A stretch of DNA of 64,000 bases, taken from contig NC_089431.1 in the NCBI RefSeq assembly GCF_026210795.1, positions 2,480,001 to 2,544,000 on the forward strand, read 5' to 3'. A model generated the notes under the pieces. It was not told the DNA's origin and made no database searches. It saw only the letters and a program-made list of their open reading frames with translations. The position numbers and the translations under genes are program-made. This DNA is from Rhizophagus irregularis (taxonomy: Eukaryota). Shown one piece after another: positions 37,262 to 50,709 of this stretch (within the stretch, counting starts at the first letter, position 1; the number at the start of each line of letters is the position of its first letter).

Positions 37262-40200
37262 TACTTTGCTAAAAATAGCTATTTTTTTGATATATTTTTG
37301 ACATAGCTATAATACTATTTTTATATGGTTTTAATGCATTGTGTAAACCATTAAAACCATGTTATCTAGGCTTATAATTTCATGTCAAAATAATGTCAAA
37401 AAAATATAATAGTTTTGTAATTAGTTTGTAATAGTTTTACAATTCTTTTTTAATGAATTTATAATACAATTGTAATATTTCAAAATACATTTATATAATT
37501 TTATAATGGATTTGTAATAGTTTTTTTAATTAATTATGCAATTGTTACATTATTTATATTATATATTTAGTGTAATAAAAATATTATAGCTAATAGACCA
37601 TTTCTTATATAAAAAACAAGTTTCAAAGTAGAATTCGTAACTTCGAAACTCGCCTTTTAATGACCATATCCACCACTCCAAGGAATGAAACCTACAAATA
37701 ATTAAAGAAATAATCAGTAAACTGTTTCTTTGATTAAAAAAGTTACAGATTTCGAAGTTAAACTTCACTTCGAAACTTACCATCATTCATCCAATAGTAG
37801 TTTGAAATTTTCTTTCAAAATGTACTTGGGAACCTGGAACTACAAAAAAATAAAAGTTGTCAAAAAACTTATTTTTTGTTATTTTCCAAATTTTTTGAAT
37901 ACTCACCAGAATCCATAATTAATCCAAGATTAGACGCCAGATTCCTACAAAACAAAAAAAAATTATAACAAAAAAAAATATATAAAAAAGCAAAAAAAAA
38001 TGAGCTGTTAGAACTTTTGTTGAAATGAGTAAATTAAGAAATCCAAATAAAACTTACACGTCCAAAGATATCCAAAGATATCGATATCTAAAGAAACCCG
38101 AAGAGCTAACAACCTAAAAAAAAAGAAAAAAATGAACTATTAGTTACAGTCCGTTAAAATAAATAAATAAATGAAAGAAAAAAATGAATACCAAAACTCA
38201 TGCGTCCCACGCGTCTGTAGACCTGGTTGAGCTTTTAAAGTAAATTTCTTATTTGTCGGTAAAAAATCGAAAATCTGGCAAATACTACGCGCCAAGTACC
38301 CGAAGATCTAAAGAAATAGTCATCTAGAAAATAAAACTCGAAGAGCCACCTACAGAATGCAAAAACAAAACGTTAGTAATTGGCTTATTTTTAACGTTGT
38401 GTTAAAATAAGCATTTTTAAAAAAAACTTACTGAAATTGCGTCCATAACCAAGAATAAGCCGTCTAAAAAAAGGAAAATGAGACGTTAGTACATTTCGCT
38501 AAAAGAAAGAAAAAAAAATTTTTGTTTTTTGTAAACCTCTACTGAAATCCTACGCGTCCAGGACATGGCAATCTAAAAAAGAAAGCAAACCGTTTCGCTA
38601 AAAGAAATAAAAAAGGAAATGTTAGTAACATTTTCTAATTAAAAAAAAAAACAACAGGATACTTCATAATGAAACGTACGAAACTCTTCATTTTCTGATT
38701 TCCAAATTCCCAGAAACGGACCCTATAAAAAGAAAGGAAATGTTAGTGAACGTTTCCTAGTATAAAAAATTTTCTTTATTATAAGTTTCGTAATAAAATG
38801 AAACTTACCTTACTCCATATCTCTGTCACACTGACAGTTTTTGCAGTTTGGAGTAAATCAATTGCGAAATCGACTGGTCCATATCCTGATATTTTTTTCT
38901 GGTTGAAGTTCAATCTTGCTCTCATGTAAATTTACTTCAGCAACAAGGTACGAGCAATCGGGCTGATACATACTAGTCTTGAACTTGTACTTGAGGTGAG
39001 ACTTTTAAATGAAGGAGGGCGAAACAGATATTCCGAACCTACAAAAAAGAAAAGAAAGCGTTAGCAAACATTTCCTAATAAAAAAAATTAAAAAATAAAT
39101 CCAAGTTTTGTAACACTACAAAACTCACCATTTCAAAGCTTCCGTAAGTATTCAACTCTCTCGATCTACAAAAAAAAAATTAAAGGTAACGTTAGCTAAC
39201 GTTTCCTAATAAAAAGAATAAAAAATAAAATTTAAAAGTTTTGAAGAGAAAATTCTTTGAAACTTACCATTTTTAAATTCAAGGTCGAACTCACCGAAAG
39301 TCCTACAAAAAAAAATATATAGGAAATGTTAGTTACGTTTTCTAAAAAAATTAAAAAAAAATAATTTTAATAAAGTTTTGAAGCGAACGCTTCAAAACTT
39401 ACCATTTCCAAATTCTGAAGTCGAAAGCTAGCCAAAAGTCTAAAAAAATAAATATAGGAAGCGTTAGAAACGTTTCCTAAAAATTTAAAAAAAAAGTTTA
39501 AAAGTTTCGAAGCGAAGTTTTGAAGAACGCTTCGAAATTCACCATTCCGTTATTTTTTGAAAGATTCTGGCAGTAAAGAAGCAGAAGGAGAAAAGGAAGG
39601 GAAAGGATAGAAATGAAAGGGCAAAAGAAAGGGGAAGAAGGGACAAGAGGGAAAAGGGTAAAATTGAGGGGAAGCGAAAAAAAGTAAAGGCCGTGGGAGA
39701 AAAAAATTAAGCTTTTACTAAAAAAAGCTTAATTTTTTTTTCGCTATACCGCAGCAGGCGCAATTTGATATCACGTGACACATGTAATACTTAAATTAAT
39801 ATAAATAGGAGGTTTCCTCCAAAAAAAATTTTATATGTATATTTTTTTTTAGATGTATATATATACTAATATATACACATATATATATATCTATTGATTT
39901 TAATGCTTTACGAAAAGCCCCTCCTCTGTAAACAGGTAGAGGCCAATTAATGCCTATAGGGGGAGAGCCATTGCTACTCCCTCAATACAATTTTATATTA
40001 AGATATATAAACCATTGCAATACAATTTCATATTAATATTATAAATATTGCAATACAATTTCATAATAATTTCAATTTATAATTATATTATTAATAATAA
40101 ATCCATTGCAAATACCATTGCAACATAATGTTTAAATTGTTTTGAAATTATGATTTGTAATACTTTTATTAGCCCTTGTGATATATTCTTTGTAATTAAT

Positions 40201-40312
40201 TGTGAAATACATAAAAACAATTTCAACCATTACAAAATAATGTCAGTATTACAAAAGTATAATAGGAATATTATAAAAGTATTTTAAAAAAATAGCCATT
40301 TTTAGTAAAGTA
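37262..40312. mobile_element. ~3.05-kb non-autonomous TIR element carrying an intron ladder
   Basis: TACTTTGCTAAAAATAGCTATTTTTTT at 37262 matches the reverse complement of AAAAAAATAGCCATTTTTAGTAAAGTA ending at 40312; no transposase seen. Confidence 0.7.
37690..39760 (-). ncRNA. Putative multi-exon non-coding transcript (about 12 introns, mostly 30-60 nt exons)
   Basis: Ordered donor (GTAAGT/GTGAGT), branch (CTAAC) and polyT-TAG acceptor sets repeated on the minus strand; no consistent ORF; no expression evidence available. Confidence 0.5.
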
Positions 40313-40965
40313 TATAATTATAAACACTGGTCGAAATCAAAAAAATTGGACATATGGAAAATCAGCAAAAAATCAGACCAAAATCGACTGACATTACAAA
40401 TCGGCATATCTGATTGATGCCAATCAGACAATTTAATAAAAATCCAGCAAAAAATCATCATATTTGGTTAACGGCTGATTGATACTGGTTGAAATCAAAA
40501 AAAAAAATTGGACAAAATGACAAATCAACTTAAAATTTACCAATATTCAAATATGTACTTTTGATTTATGGAAAATTGACAATTCAATAAAAATTCAATA
40601 AAAATCCAATAAAAATTTGGCAAAAAATCATCATATTTGATTGACGGCTGATTGATGCTGGTTGAAATCAAAAAAAAATCGGACAAAATGACAAATCAAT
40701 CTAAAATTTACCCAATATTCAAATATGTACTTCTGATTTATGGAAAATTGACAATTCAATAAAATTTATTCAATAAAAATTCAATAAAAATTCAGCAAAA
40801 AATCATTATCTTTGATTGACGGCTGATTGATACAAAAAAAGTCATCAAAATTAACTTTTGAAAAACATGATTTGTCATTAAAATTCAGAAATTCGGAAAA
40901 AATCAACACCAAATTTATAGTCAATTACTCAATTTATTATAAATTTATGTCTAAAACTTATAAGT

Positions 40966-43900
40966 TTATAATTGGTATTTTCTACTAATTGGATTTACGG
41001 CTAAATACTCTTTTGCATTTTACCGGTTTGAGATTTTGTAACTTACTGGTACAAATTTACCTAAAATATGATGCACAGGTATTATACAATCACGACTTAT
41101 TGGATAAAATTCGGTATTCCACAACTCAATATTACAAATTTCATCACTGCTGAAATAGTATCGAATATTAGTTGAATTTGCGTATTTATACCAACGAACG
41201 TATGCTAGAAAATGTTTGACGGGACCATCCAGAAAGTCTACTACGTGAGTAAAATAATACTGAATTTGACCTAGGTAGGTGTCGACATCTTCATCATCCG
41301 TAATAAATTTCACTAAGACGTACGAACTTTTTACATGTCTTAACGATAATGATCCTGAAACGACTTCTGAACCAATCTGACACCTTCCGAATTGGTTAAT
41401 TTTGACCCTAATTATTATATCGTTATCTAAACCTTCTACAAGAGGCCTCCGAAATCCAAATGATTCGTAAGTCGCATTGTAATATTCAACCATTAAATTT
41501 AACATTTCACTTGAAAGTAGTATATTATGAGATACCGGCTTGAGAAATTCACCTGGGAAGTTTTCTTTACCAGAAATCTGTGAATCTTTAATATTTTGTG
41601 AATTCAGCCAAAATCGATGTATCCCATCTGACAAAAATTTATCAGTAACTGAAAGGGATCCGATAGTACGCTGACTGTTTAGCAATTCGAGACCTTTTAC
41701 TTCGATACCTGAACTTATGATATTTTCGATTTGTTTATCAAACATTAATCGACGCATAAGTTCAGACTCAATTTTCCTGTTGCTGTTTGGTAACAAACCT
41801 AAAAGTGCAAAATCAATAAATTATAAGCTAATATTGAAATTGTTAAAATCGTTAAAAAATCGTTAATGGATATTTACCTAATATACCGTTCATATGTTAG
41901 AAAGAGAAACACCAGAACACATATAATGGTCTATAATCAGATGAGCAATCACACAAATGTAGAGAAAGATGAAGATTCGGTGTGATTTTATCTCTGCCGT
42001 GGTGATTCTCAATTAATTTGACTATTTCGATAAGACTTCTATGGGCTTCATCCGCCAAATTAGATTCTAGAATCTGATTTACCAAAATCAAACAAATCCT
42101 GACAAAATAATTCAGGATTCTTCTATCTACATCTGAAAGGTGTTCCCAAAGTAATACAGTTAAATAAATTGTAAAGAATATTTGCCACTGATCGGCCGTA
42201 AAATTGGTGAATTCCTCTCCACTATGAATTTTTCCTGGAATTCGACCTAAATCGGATGGTATCTGAAACTCGTCCATTTTTTTCTGAATTTTGTTCAAAG
42301 AATTTGGTGTCAAAATACCCCCATCAATCCAAATTCGTTTTACTATCCACTTTGCAATGCCCAGAAATAAGCAATACATTAGATCGACTGTAATAAATCT
42401 AATAGGGTTGAAATATGATAGATGCAACAATTCGGATCATCTAACGCCAGTTTCTTTGACGAAGCGCTTTCTAGCAGCGTCTGAGTTGCATCTTTGCCAA
42501 CCTAATGCATTTTGTTAGTACTCATTCGAATCTCAAGCAGAATACCTTACATCATCCATTCCGGCAAAATTATGCTGTCTATTTTCATAATTTGCTTTTT
42601 TCTCATACCTGTGACATGAAACTAAGGCAGAAACATGACCGCAAATTTTTTTGCAGTGGAAATATCACATGATACTAAGATTAAAGCGCCACGAACTCTC
42701 TTTCCATTTTCGCATTCATAAGTACGATTTAGTGTTAATCCAGCCCAGAGTGTTTCCAATTCGTTAACTATTAGTGCTAAATAGTGGTTCACTTTATGTA
42801 GGCTGACCTCCTTTGGCCCAGGTAAAATGCCGAGAGTCAATAAATTTTCACATCTGAATCGGATATCGTGTGGCAAATTGCATATAGCGGCATATATGAC
42901 ACCGATACTATAAATGGTACTATCATATAGCTGAAACCAATCAAGATTCAGCATCAAGCCAAGATGAGAATTGGCCACTTCGCTTCTGAAAAAATTTGGC
43001 AAATCTTCATTGTCCGATTCTTTAAAATTCTTCCACACTTGCCCATCATATATATCAGTCAAAATATTATCAAAATTCGACCGATTAGCCCAATGTCAGA
43101 GAGAATTTTCAAACCCAGGCTGACAAAACATAGTGGCAAGTTGTTGATTAATTCCAGTAAACAGATACATTAAATTAGGTTGTATTATTGTTCGATTTGT
43201 TAATACGCTAATTTTTTCAGACAATGCCATATTGCAAAGACGTGATCTATGAACTGAAGAATTGGGAAATTCTATGTGTTGACATTTCATTATAGCAGGA
43301 TTGTCCTCTTGTTTGAAATCTACCACTTCCTTTTTTTTATACAATTTGTGACATTTCGGACAAGGTACAAAACTATGAAATTGGTCGTTTAATCTAAGCT
43401 TCTTTCTTGTTAAGTAAAGCGAATCTGAAAAATCATTAAAATCATCACTACTGAATTCGCACAGGGCCAATTTCATAAATTTTATTAGAGTCTCAGTAGC
43501 TGTCTCTGCGATATTGAATCTTGTTCGAAAGTTCATTATCCAAAGTAACATCCATAAAAATCGATCATAATTCGATTCTAAATATGGTGGGTTTTGAAAT
43601 GGTTCATAACTAGGTGGTGAATAGTCTTCAAAAATTTCAGAAATTCCAGAAATTGGATCATTATCTGATTCACTGCCTATAGACAATGTATTACTGTAGA
43701 TATCTTTCTCTGTAGTATATTTGGATGATGATGAATCTTCTGGATCTTCTGAAATTTCCAGACGATTTATATACTTTCTTGCACATTGTCAAGGTAAGAA
43801 GTTAAATTCGACATCTTGATATTTATCATCAACATCATCTTGATTACTGTTATCTGATTCTTCAGATTCTTGTCTAATAGATTCATCAATCATTTGTCCA

Positions 43901-44220
43901 GCTGAAGCGGGTGTTGATGTTTCACCTATTTCAAGTTGACGAACTTGAGACGAAATTGTACCTTGCGAATCTTGGTATTCTTGATGTCTGGAATTGTGAA
44001 TTTCTTTTGTGCGAGAATCCACCAAGTCGCCATCACAATCAGGACAATTACAAACTACTAGTTTTCTTTTATTACTTGTTGATCTAGCAGAAGATACTAT
44101 TTCTTCGTTTATTATACTAGAAATTGATCTATTTCTATGAGTAGAAGATGGCTGATTTGAAGGTGATTCTTCATCATCAAGATCGTTAAGTATACTAGAG
44201 ACTGACCTTTTTCTGCTCAT
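40966..44220 (-). pseudogene. CACTA Tnp2/Transposase_21-type transposase with stops
   Basis: CNCPDC, CPKCHKLY, TDIYDGQVWK, LNLDWFQ, AICNLP..RF, ILPGPKE, VSCDI, VDLMYCLFLGIAK, FTADQW, ITPNLHLSLHL, FWCFSF; one intron near 41800-41877. Confidence 0.92.
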
Positions 44221-44769
44221 TTGTTTAGTGTTTGAATAAGTTTAATAAGTTTGGCAAAATCCAAATTTGTAAAAAGGCCAATTTTTATAAAATTTGGAAT
44301 AACACAAAATTTGTATAATTTGTATATATAATTAATGTAATCCTGGCTTCTATGATTATTTCAATAATTTTTTAGGATTTAATATTTTTTTCGCAAATTT
44401 GGCAATTTTATATAATAAATTTGCGAATTTTCTAATTAATATACTTTTAAAAATTGCAATATGATTTAAGCTTATTTTACAATAAAAAGCTTATTTTTAA
44501 AATAAAAAGCTTATTTTATTTTAAAATAACTTTTATTTACAAGATAATCACTTTATCATTCCTTTATCATTTTCGGATGCAAACAAGCCTTATCAAAAGA
44601 AACTGTAAATTTTAGCGAAAGTTGAAAAGTAACAATTTTGTATTAATTGAAGTAGTATTGCTATAATAACAATATCGCTACAGAATCTAAATATATAAGA
44701 AATATTTTCAATTTTACTGCAAATTTCGACAAAGTATAACTTGCCGCATTAAAGTATATCAAATTTTAA

Positions 44770-46540
44770 TGCAGTAGAACACTAACGATTTTCTTATTAT
44801 TATTAATTGATTTGACTTTTTAATTATAATTTATAGTTGATTTTTCAATTGAGAAATCAATGCAGTAGGACGCTAAAGATTTTCATAATTTTAATTGATT
44901 TGTCTTTTTTAATTATGATTTATAGTTGATTTTTCAATTGAGAAATCAACGCAATAGGACGCTAACGATTTTCTTATTATTATTAATTGATTTGACTTTT
45001 TAATTATGATTTATAGTTGATTTTTCAATCGAAAAATCAACGCAGTAGGACGCTAAAGATTTTTGTAATTTTAATTGATTAGTCTTTTTTAATTATGATT
45101 TATAGTTGATTTTTCAATTGAGAAGTTAACGCAATAGGACGCTAACGATTTTCTTATTAATTAATTGATTTGATTTTTTAATTATAATTTATAGTTGATT
45201 TTTCAATCGAGAAATCAACGCAGTAGAACGCTAATGATTTTCATAATTTTAATTTATTTGTCTTTTTTAATTATGATTTATAGTTGATTTTTCAATTGAG
45301 AAGTCAACGCAATAGGACGCTAATGATTTTCTTATTAATTAATTGATTTAATTTTTTAATTATGATTTATAGTTGATTTTTCAATCAAGAAATCAACACA
45401 GTAGGACGCTAAAGATTTTCATAATTTTAATTGATTTGTCTTTTTTAATTATGATTTATAGTTGATTTTTCAATCGAGAAGTCAACGCAATAGGACGCTA
45501 ACGATTTTCTTATTAATTAATTGATTTGATTTTTTAATTATGATTTATAGTTGATTTTTCAATCGAGAAATCAATGCAGTAGAACGCTAACGATTTTCGT
45601 AATTTTAATTTATTTGTCTTTTTTAATTATGATTTATAGTTGATTTTTCAATTGAGAAATCAACGCAATAGGACGCCTACGATTTTCTTAATTTTAATTA
45701 ATTGATTTGATTTTTTAAATTATGATTTATAGTTGATTTGTCAATTGAGAAATCAACGCAGTAGGACGCTAACAATTTTCTTATTATTAATTGATTAGTC
45801 TTTTTTAATTATGATTTATAGTTGATTTTCCAATCGAAAAGTCAACGCAGTAGGACGCTAAAGATTTTCTTATTATTAATTGATTTGTCTTTTTTAATTA
45901 TGATTTATAGTTGATTTTCCAATCGAGAAATCAACGCAGTAGGACACTAATGATTTTCTTAATTTTAATTAATTGATTTGATTTTTTAAATTATGATTTA
46001 TAGTTGATTTGTCAATTGAGAAATCAACGCAGTAGAACGCTAACAATTTTCTTATTATTAATTGATTAGTCTTTTTTAATTATGATTTATAGTTGATTTT
46101 CCAATCAAGAAGTCAACGCAGTAGGACGCCTATGATTTTCTTATTATTAATTGATTTGTCTTTTTTAATTATGATTTATAGTTGATTTACCAATCGAGAA
46201 GTCAACGCAGTAGGACGCTAATAATTTTCTTAATTTTAATTAATTGATTTGATTTTTTAAATTATGATTTATAGTTGATTTGTCAATTGAGAAATCAACG
46301 CAGTAGAACGCTAACAATTTTCTTATTATTAATTGATTAGTCTTTTTTAATTATGATTTATAGTTGATTTTCCAATCGAGAAGTCAACGCAGTAAGACGC
46401 TAATGATTTTCTTAATTTTAATTAATTGATTTGATTTTTTAATTATGATTTATAGTTGATTTTTCAATCAAGAAATCAATGCAGTAGAACGCTAACGATT
46501 TTCTTATTATTAATTGATTTGATTTTTTAAATTTATAAAT
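44770..46540 (+). repeat. Tandem array of 20 units of ~89-93 bp built around a 26-bp palindrome
   Basis: GCAGTAGGACGCTAA starts at 44771, 44862, 44951 ... 46481; core GTTGATTT(T)TCAATTGAGAAATCAAC is near self-complementary. Confidence 0.95.
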
Positions 46541-46547
46541 AGGACGA

Positions 46548-48967
46548 TATGACGATATTGAACCTGCTTCAATTTTTTAAACGAATATTGAGTGAATATC
46601 AAAATGTCAAATAATAGCAATAATAAAAAAAACAATAAAAAAAATAACAAACAAAAGCAACAGAGGTTTCAAGAAGAAACACCTGACGAAGGATCTAATC
46701 GTCAATAGGAAAGAATGGAAGAAGAAAGTAATCCGAATAAGATGAGTGATAAAACCAATAAGTCAGCTAACAAATCGTCACCCACCAAGTCAAACAAATA
46801 AAAGCAGCAAAGGTTTCAAGAAGAAACACCTGACGAAGGATCTAATCGTCAACGGGAAAAAACGGAAGAAGAAAGTAATCCAAATGAGACGAGTGACAAA
46901 ACCAATAAGTCAACTAGCAAATCGTCACTCACCAAGTCAAATAAACAAAAGCAGCAAAGGTTCAAGAAGAAACACCGAGTGAAGGATCTAATCGTCAACA
47001 GGAAAGAACGGAAGATGAAAGTGATCTGAATGAGACGAATGACAAAACCAATAAGTCGACTAGCAAATCGTCACTCACCAAATCAAACAAATAAAAGCAG
47101 CAAAAGTTTCAAGAAGAAACACCGAGCGAAGAATCTAAGCGTCAACGGGGAAGAACGGAAGAAGAAAGTGATCTGAATGAGACAAGTGATAAGACCAATA
47201 AGTCGACTAGCAAATTGGCATCCATCAAGTCGATCCTCAAATCTGCAAAGTTGATTAAGCCGACTCAAGAAGAGTCTGACGATGAGGTTATAGAAATTGA
47301 ACCGCCAAATATTCCTAAAGGTAATTGAATTTTGGAAAATTGCTGATTGACATGTACGATAATTAATAATTTTTATAGATCAACAAGAGATGTTATCGGA
47401 AATGAAAAAATGATATGGGAATATTCGAATTCCACAAAAATTCGTATTAGTGGTTAAAGACGATTAAGGTAATGAAAAGGTGATCAATGATGACGATACT
47501 GATTTAGAAGCAGGTACTATTTTGACTTCATTCGTATAAATTTAGAATTATTCGTAAAAAAATATTACTATTAATAAAATTCTTTATTTAGAAAATCTAA
47601 AATTAAAGAAACAAATTGATGAAGTACAAGTAGAGAATACAAGGCTTGAACGCGAAAATAACTGATTATTCGATGAAAATCATTTTTTGACTCGAGTAAA
47701 CGAGGCCTTTGCAGACGAGAATGACAATCTACGCGAAAGCTTAAACAGGTATTCGAGAATCTGCCTGCCTAAAGCCATTTATAGGCAGACAGATCTCGAA
47801 CAGCCGGCAAAATGTCAAAAAAAATTAAGACAAAAAAGTCCGAGCGATACAAGGAAGAATCGGAGGAAGAAGGGTCTAGTTCTAACAATAATGATGAGTA
47901 CGACGAAAAAGAAGCTAGGGTATATTAATTTTATTTGTCTGATTCAGTTATTTAAAATTGCAGTATTGAGTAATTAAGTACCAGTTATCATTATTTGATT
48001 GTTATATTTAGGCTGAAATGAAGTCTATTTTGAAAACCATCGATGAAACTTGAGAACTAGATTACAATGAAACGTTCAATAACGTGAAAAATCTCAAGAT
48101 TCGTTTAGCCCTTGCTCCGTGTTTTCCTGCTTCGAATAAGCAACTTACAAAATGGTTAGGTTGTCTCCACAAGTCTCGTCGTTCTCATCAAAGATTAATA
48201 GATAGGTAAAAAGCCGATGAAAATAAACACTGGGTGCACTCAAACAATCGAGTACATGACGTTAGTAATGATTTATAATTATTATGCTGAATTTTATTCC
48301 GATTATGTATTGAATTTTATTCAAATTATAACGTATTTTAGAAGAAAATCCGCCGAATGAAGGTGGCAAAAAGATTATATAGTTTTGACGATGAACGGAT
48401 AACAAAATATGATAAGCATAGATTACTAAAGATATTATCCAATCGCTTATTTCATTCAGTGAGACAGACGAAGAAGACCTAACAAAGTCGATAATCGCTA
48501 TTTATGACTATTCGTGGAGATCTGATGAGGTTAGAACTTCTGAATCTTGATTTTTTAGACGAATCGCTGGATTTAATTTTTATATTTTATTGTTTCTTCA
48601 GCTTAAAAATTTGCTACGAAATGTACTCGATGTACACTCGTCAAATAAGGTGAAATTAATACGTGAACGTAAATATGATGACGAGGTACAAAAATATGAC
48701 CGACCACATCCATCGAATGCTCCCGAATGGTCTTATATCGTACAACAACAAGATTTAATATTCGATACTGATATCGACCAGGGTTTCAATACTAAATATG
48801 ATGAAGAAGTAGAAGAAGTTAGTAGAGGGACAACACCAGCAACTGGCAACACCACCAAAAATGATGAAGACCATAACAAGAAAGGAGAAGAAAAACCATC
48901 AAAATCAACGGTCGGCGACAATCATAATAATTCAGATTCTGATTTACATATGGATGACGCGCAATGA
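46548..48967 (+). pseudogene. Second CACTA gene (TnpA-like accessory protein), spliced and decayed, with ~150-bp coding repeats
   Basis: Four repeats of QEETPDEGSNRQ..EEESN at ~46660-47230; exons to ..YDYSWRSDE|LKNLLRNVLD..PHPSNAPEWSY; many TGA/TAA stops. Confidence 0.65.
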
Positions 48968-50003
48968 ACAAATCTGAATTAATTTGGTAGAAAACTTTCT
49001 TTTTTTCGTCAAAAATCTATATATATATATAATTAATATTCCAAATTATTAGTATTAGAATTTTCCATAATTCAAAATAAATTTGTCTTAATTCAAAAAA
49101 AAATTAATTACAATTTGAAATAATTTTACTGCAAATTTACCGCAATTCAGAATAGAAAATTTACTGCAATTCAGATTAAAATTTACTGCAATTCAGAATA
49201 GAAAATTTACCGCAATTCAGATTAAAATTTACTGTAATTCAGATTAAAATTTACTGTAATTCAGATTAAAATTTACTGCAATTCAGATTAAAATTTATCG
49301 CAATTTATCAAAATTTATCATAATTCAGAATAAATTCACTGCAATTCGGTAAATTTATGAATATATTTTTTTAAACAATTCGGATTAAAAATACTAAGCA
49401 ATTCTATATTCTGATCAGCATCAATCAACCTGCCAATCAGAACTTTGCCTAAATTAATAAATCGGCCATCTTTATCACCAAATTCAGCCTAAAATCAGAC
49501 ATCCGATTTCTAGCCGATTTGGACTATTTCGACCAGTGAAAGATATTTAGCAAAAAGGTATTCTAATTTTTTGAAACCTTTAGTATAAAAACCAAATTGT
49601 AATTGTAAATATTTTATTGGCTAAGTTCATCAAAAAATATCTTCAGTTTTTTATGAGAAATTCTTGAAATAAGATTTATAGATTAAAGTTCTTTTTTTAA
49701 TAATATATTTATAATAAGTAATTAGAATTTAATTATATTTTTTGATCATTTTTAAGAATTATAATATCTAAAATAATCCATTATATACATGATTTATTTA
49801 TATAGAAAAAATGATTAATAGTTATAATGGCAAATAATTTATAAGTTATTAACTATTAATATTGATGTAGTTTTTAATTATATATTTACTTTTTATAATA
49901 ATTTATTAAATTCTATATTAATAAACTTATAAATATATTGCAGTTAAAAAAAAATTAAGAAAATGCTTAAAATTAATATAATTTTCTAAAATATTAACTT
50001 GTA

Positions 50004-50195
50004 CATAGTGAAGTTCAATATAACGGAACTCCAATATAACAGAACATAAGTAAAATCTTGATAGATCAAAACTGAGGCCTAGAACGGATTATCATAATCT
50101 ATAATTAATTTACACTCAATATATCAGAATTCTTGATATATCAGAATTTTGAAAAATTTTACTATCATGACGGATTCTATTATATCGAGTTTCAC
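50004..50195. mobile_element. Degenerate pogo-like MITE
   Basis: GTGAAGTTCAATATAA at left versus TTATATCGAGTTTCAC at right. Confidence 0.55.
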
Positions 50196-50709
50196 GCATT
50201 GTAATTCATTTTAAACTAATGAAAAATACTAATATATATATTAGAAAATTATTAAATTTTTTATTAAAAATATTTAAAATACTTGCAACTATTTATATTT
50301 TTAAACAAATTTAGTATTTATATATTTTTAAAAATTAAAAATTAGAATTTGATATCTTAAAAAAAAAAAATTTTAATTAATAATATTATAGCAAAAATAT
50401 ATTATATTTAAATTTTTTTAATTTTAAGCCATCTTTTTAACTATAAATTTTCAAATAAATTATAAATTTAATAAATTAAATTTAACTGAATTTATTTAAA
50501 AATTTAGTCAAAAAGTAATAGTTTAAAATTAAAAAAATTAAATTTTTACTATAATATTATTAATTAAAAAATTTTTTTCTTTAGTAATATCAAATTTTAA
50601 CTTTTAATTAATAAATTTGTATTAAAATATTATTTAAAAAGTATAAAACTAATTTTAATCCAAAGTAATATTTAATCTACTGGTAAATTTTATATAATTA
50701 TATAATTGA

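Larger units (their letters stand above)
40325..49538 (-). mobile_element. CACTA/EnSpm (CMC) DNA transposon, 9.2 kb, two divergent genes
   Basis: TIR CACTGGTCGAAAT / ATTTCGACCAGTG; AAA on both flanks consistent with a 3-bp TSD; subterminal repeats at 40430-40830 and 49125-49350; Tnp2-type transposase inside. Confidence 0.93.

Noticed and set aside
44770..46540. CRISPR-like array (palindromic repeats at regular spacing)
   Set aside because: The spacers are near-identical to each other, there are no cas genes, and the context is a eukaryotic CACTA element
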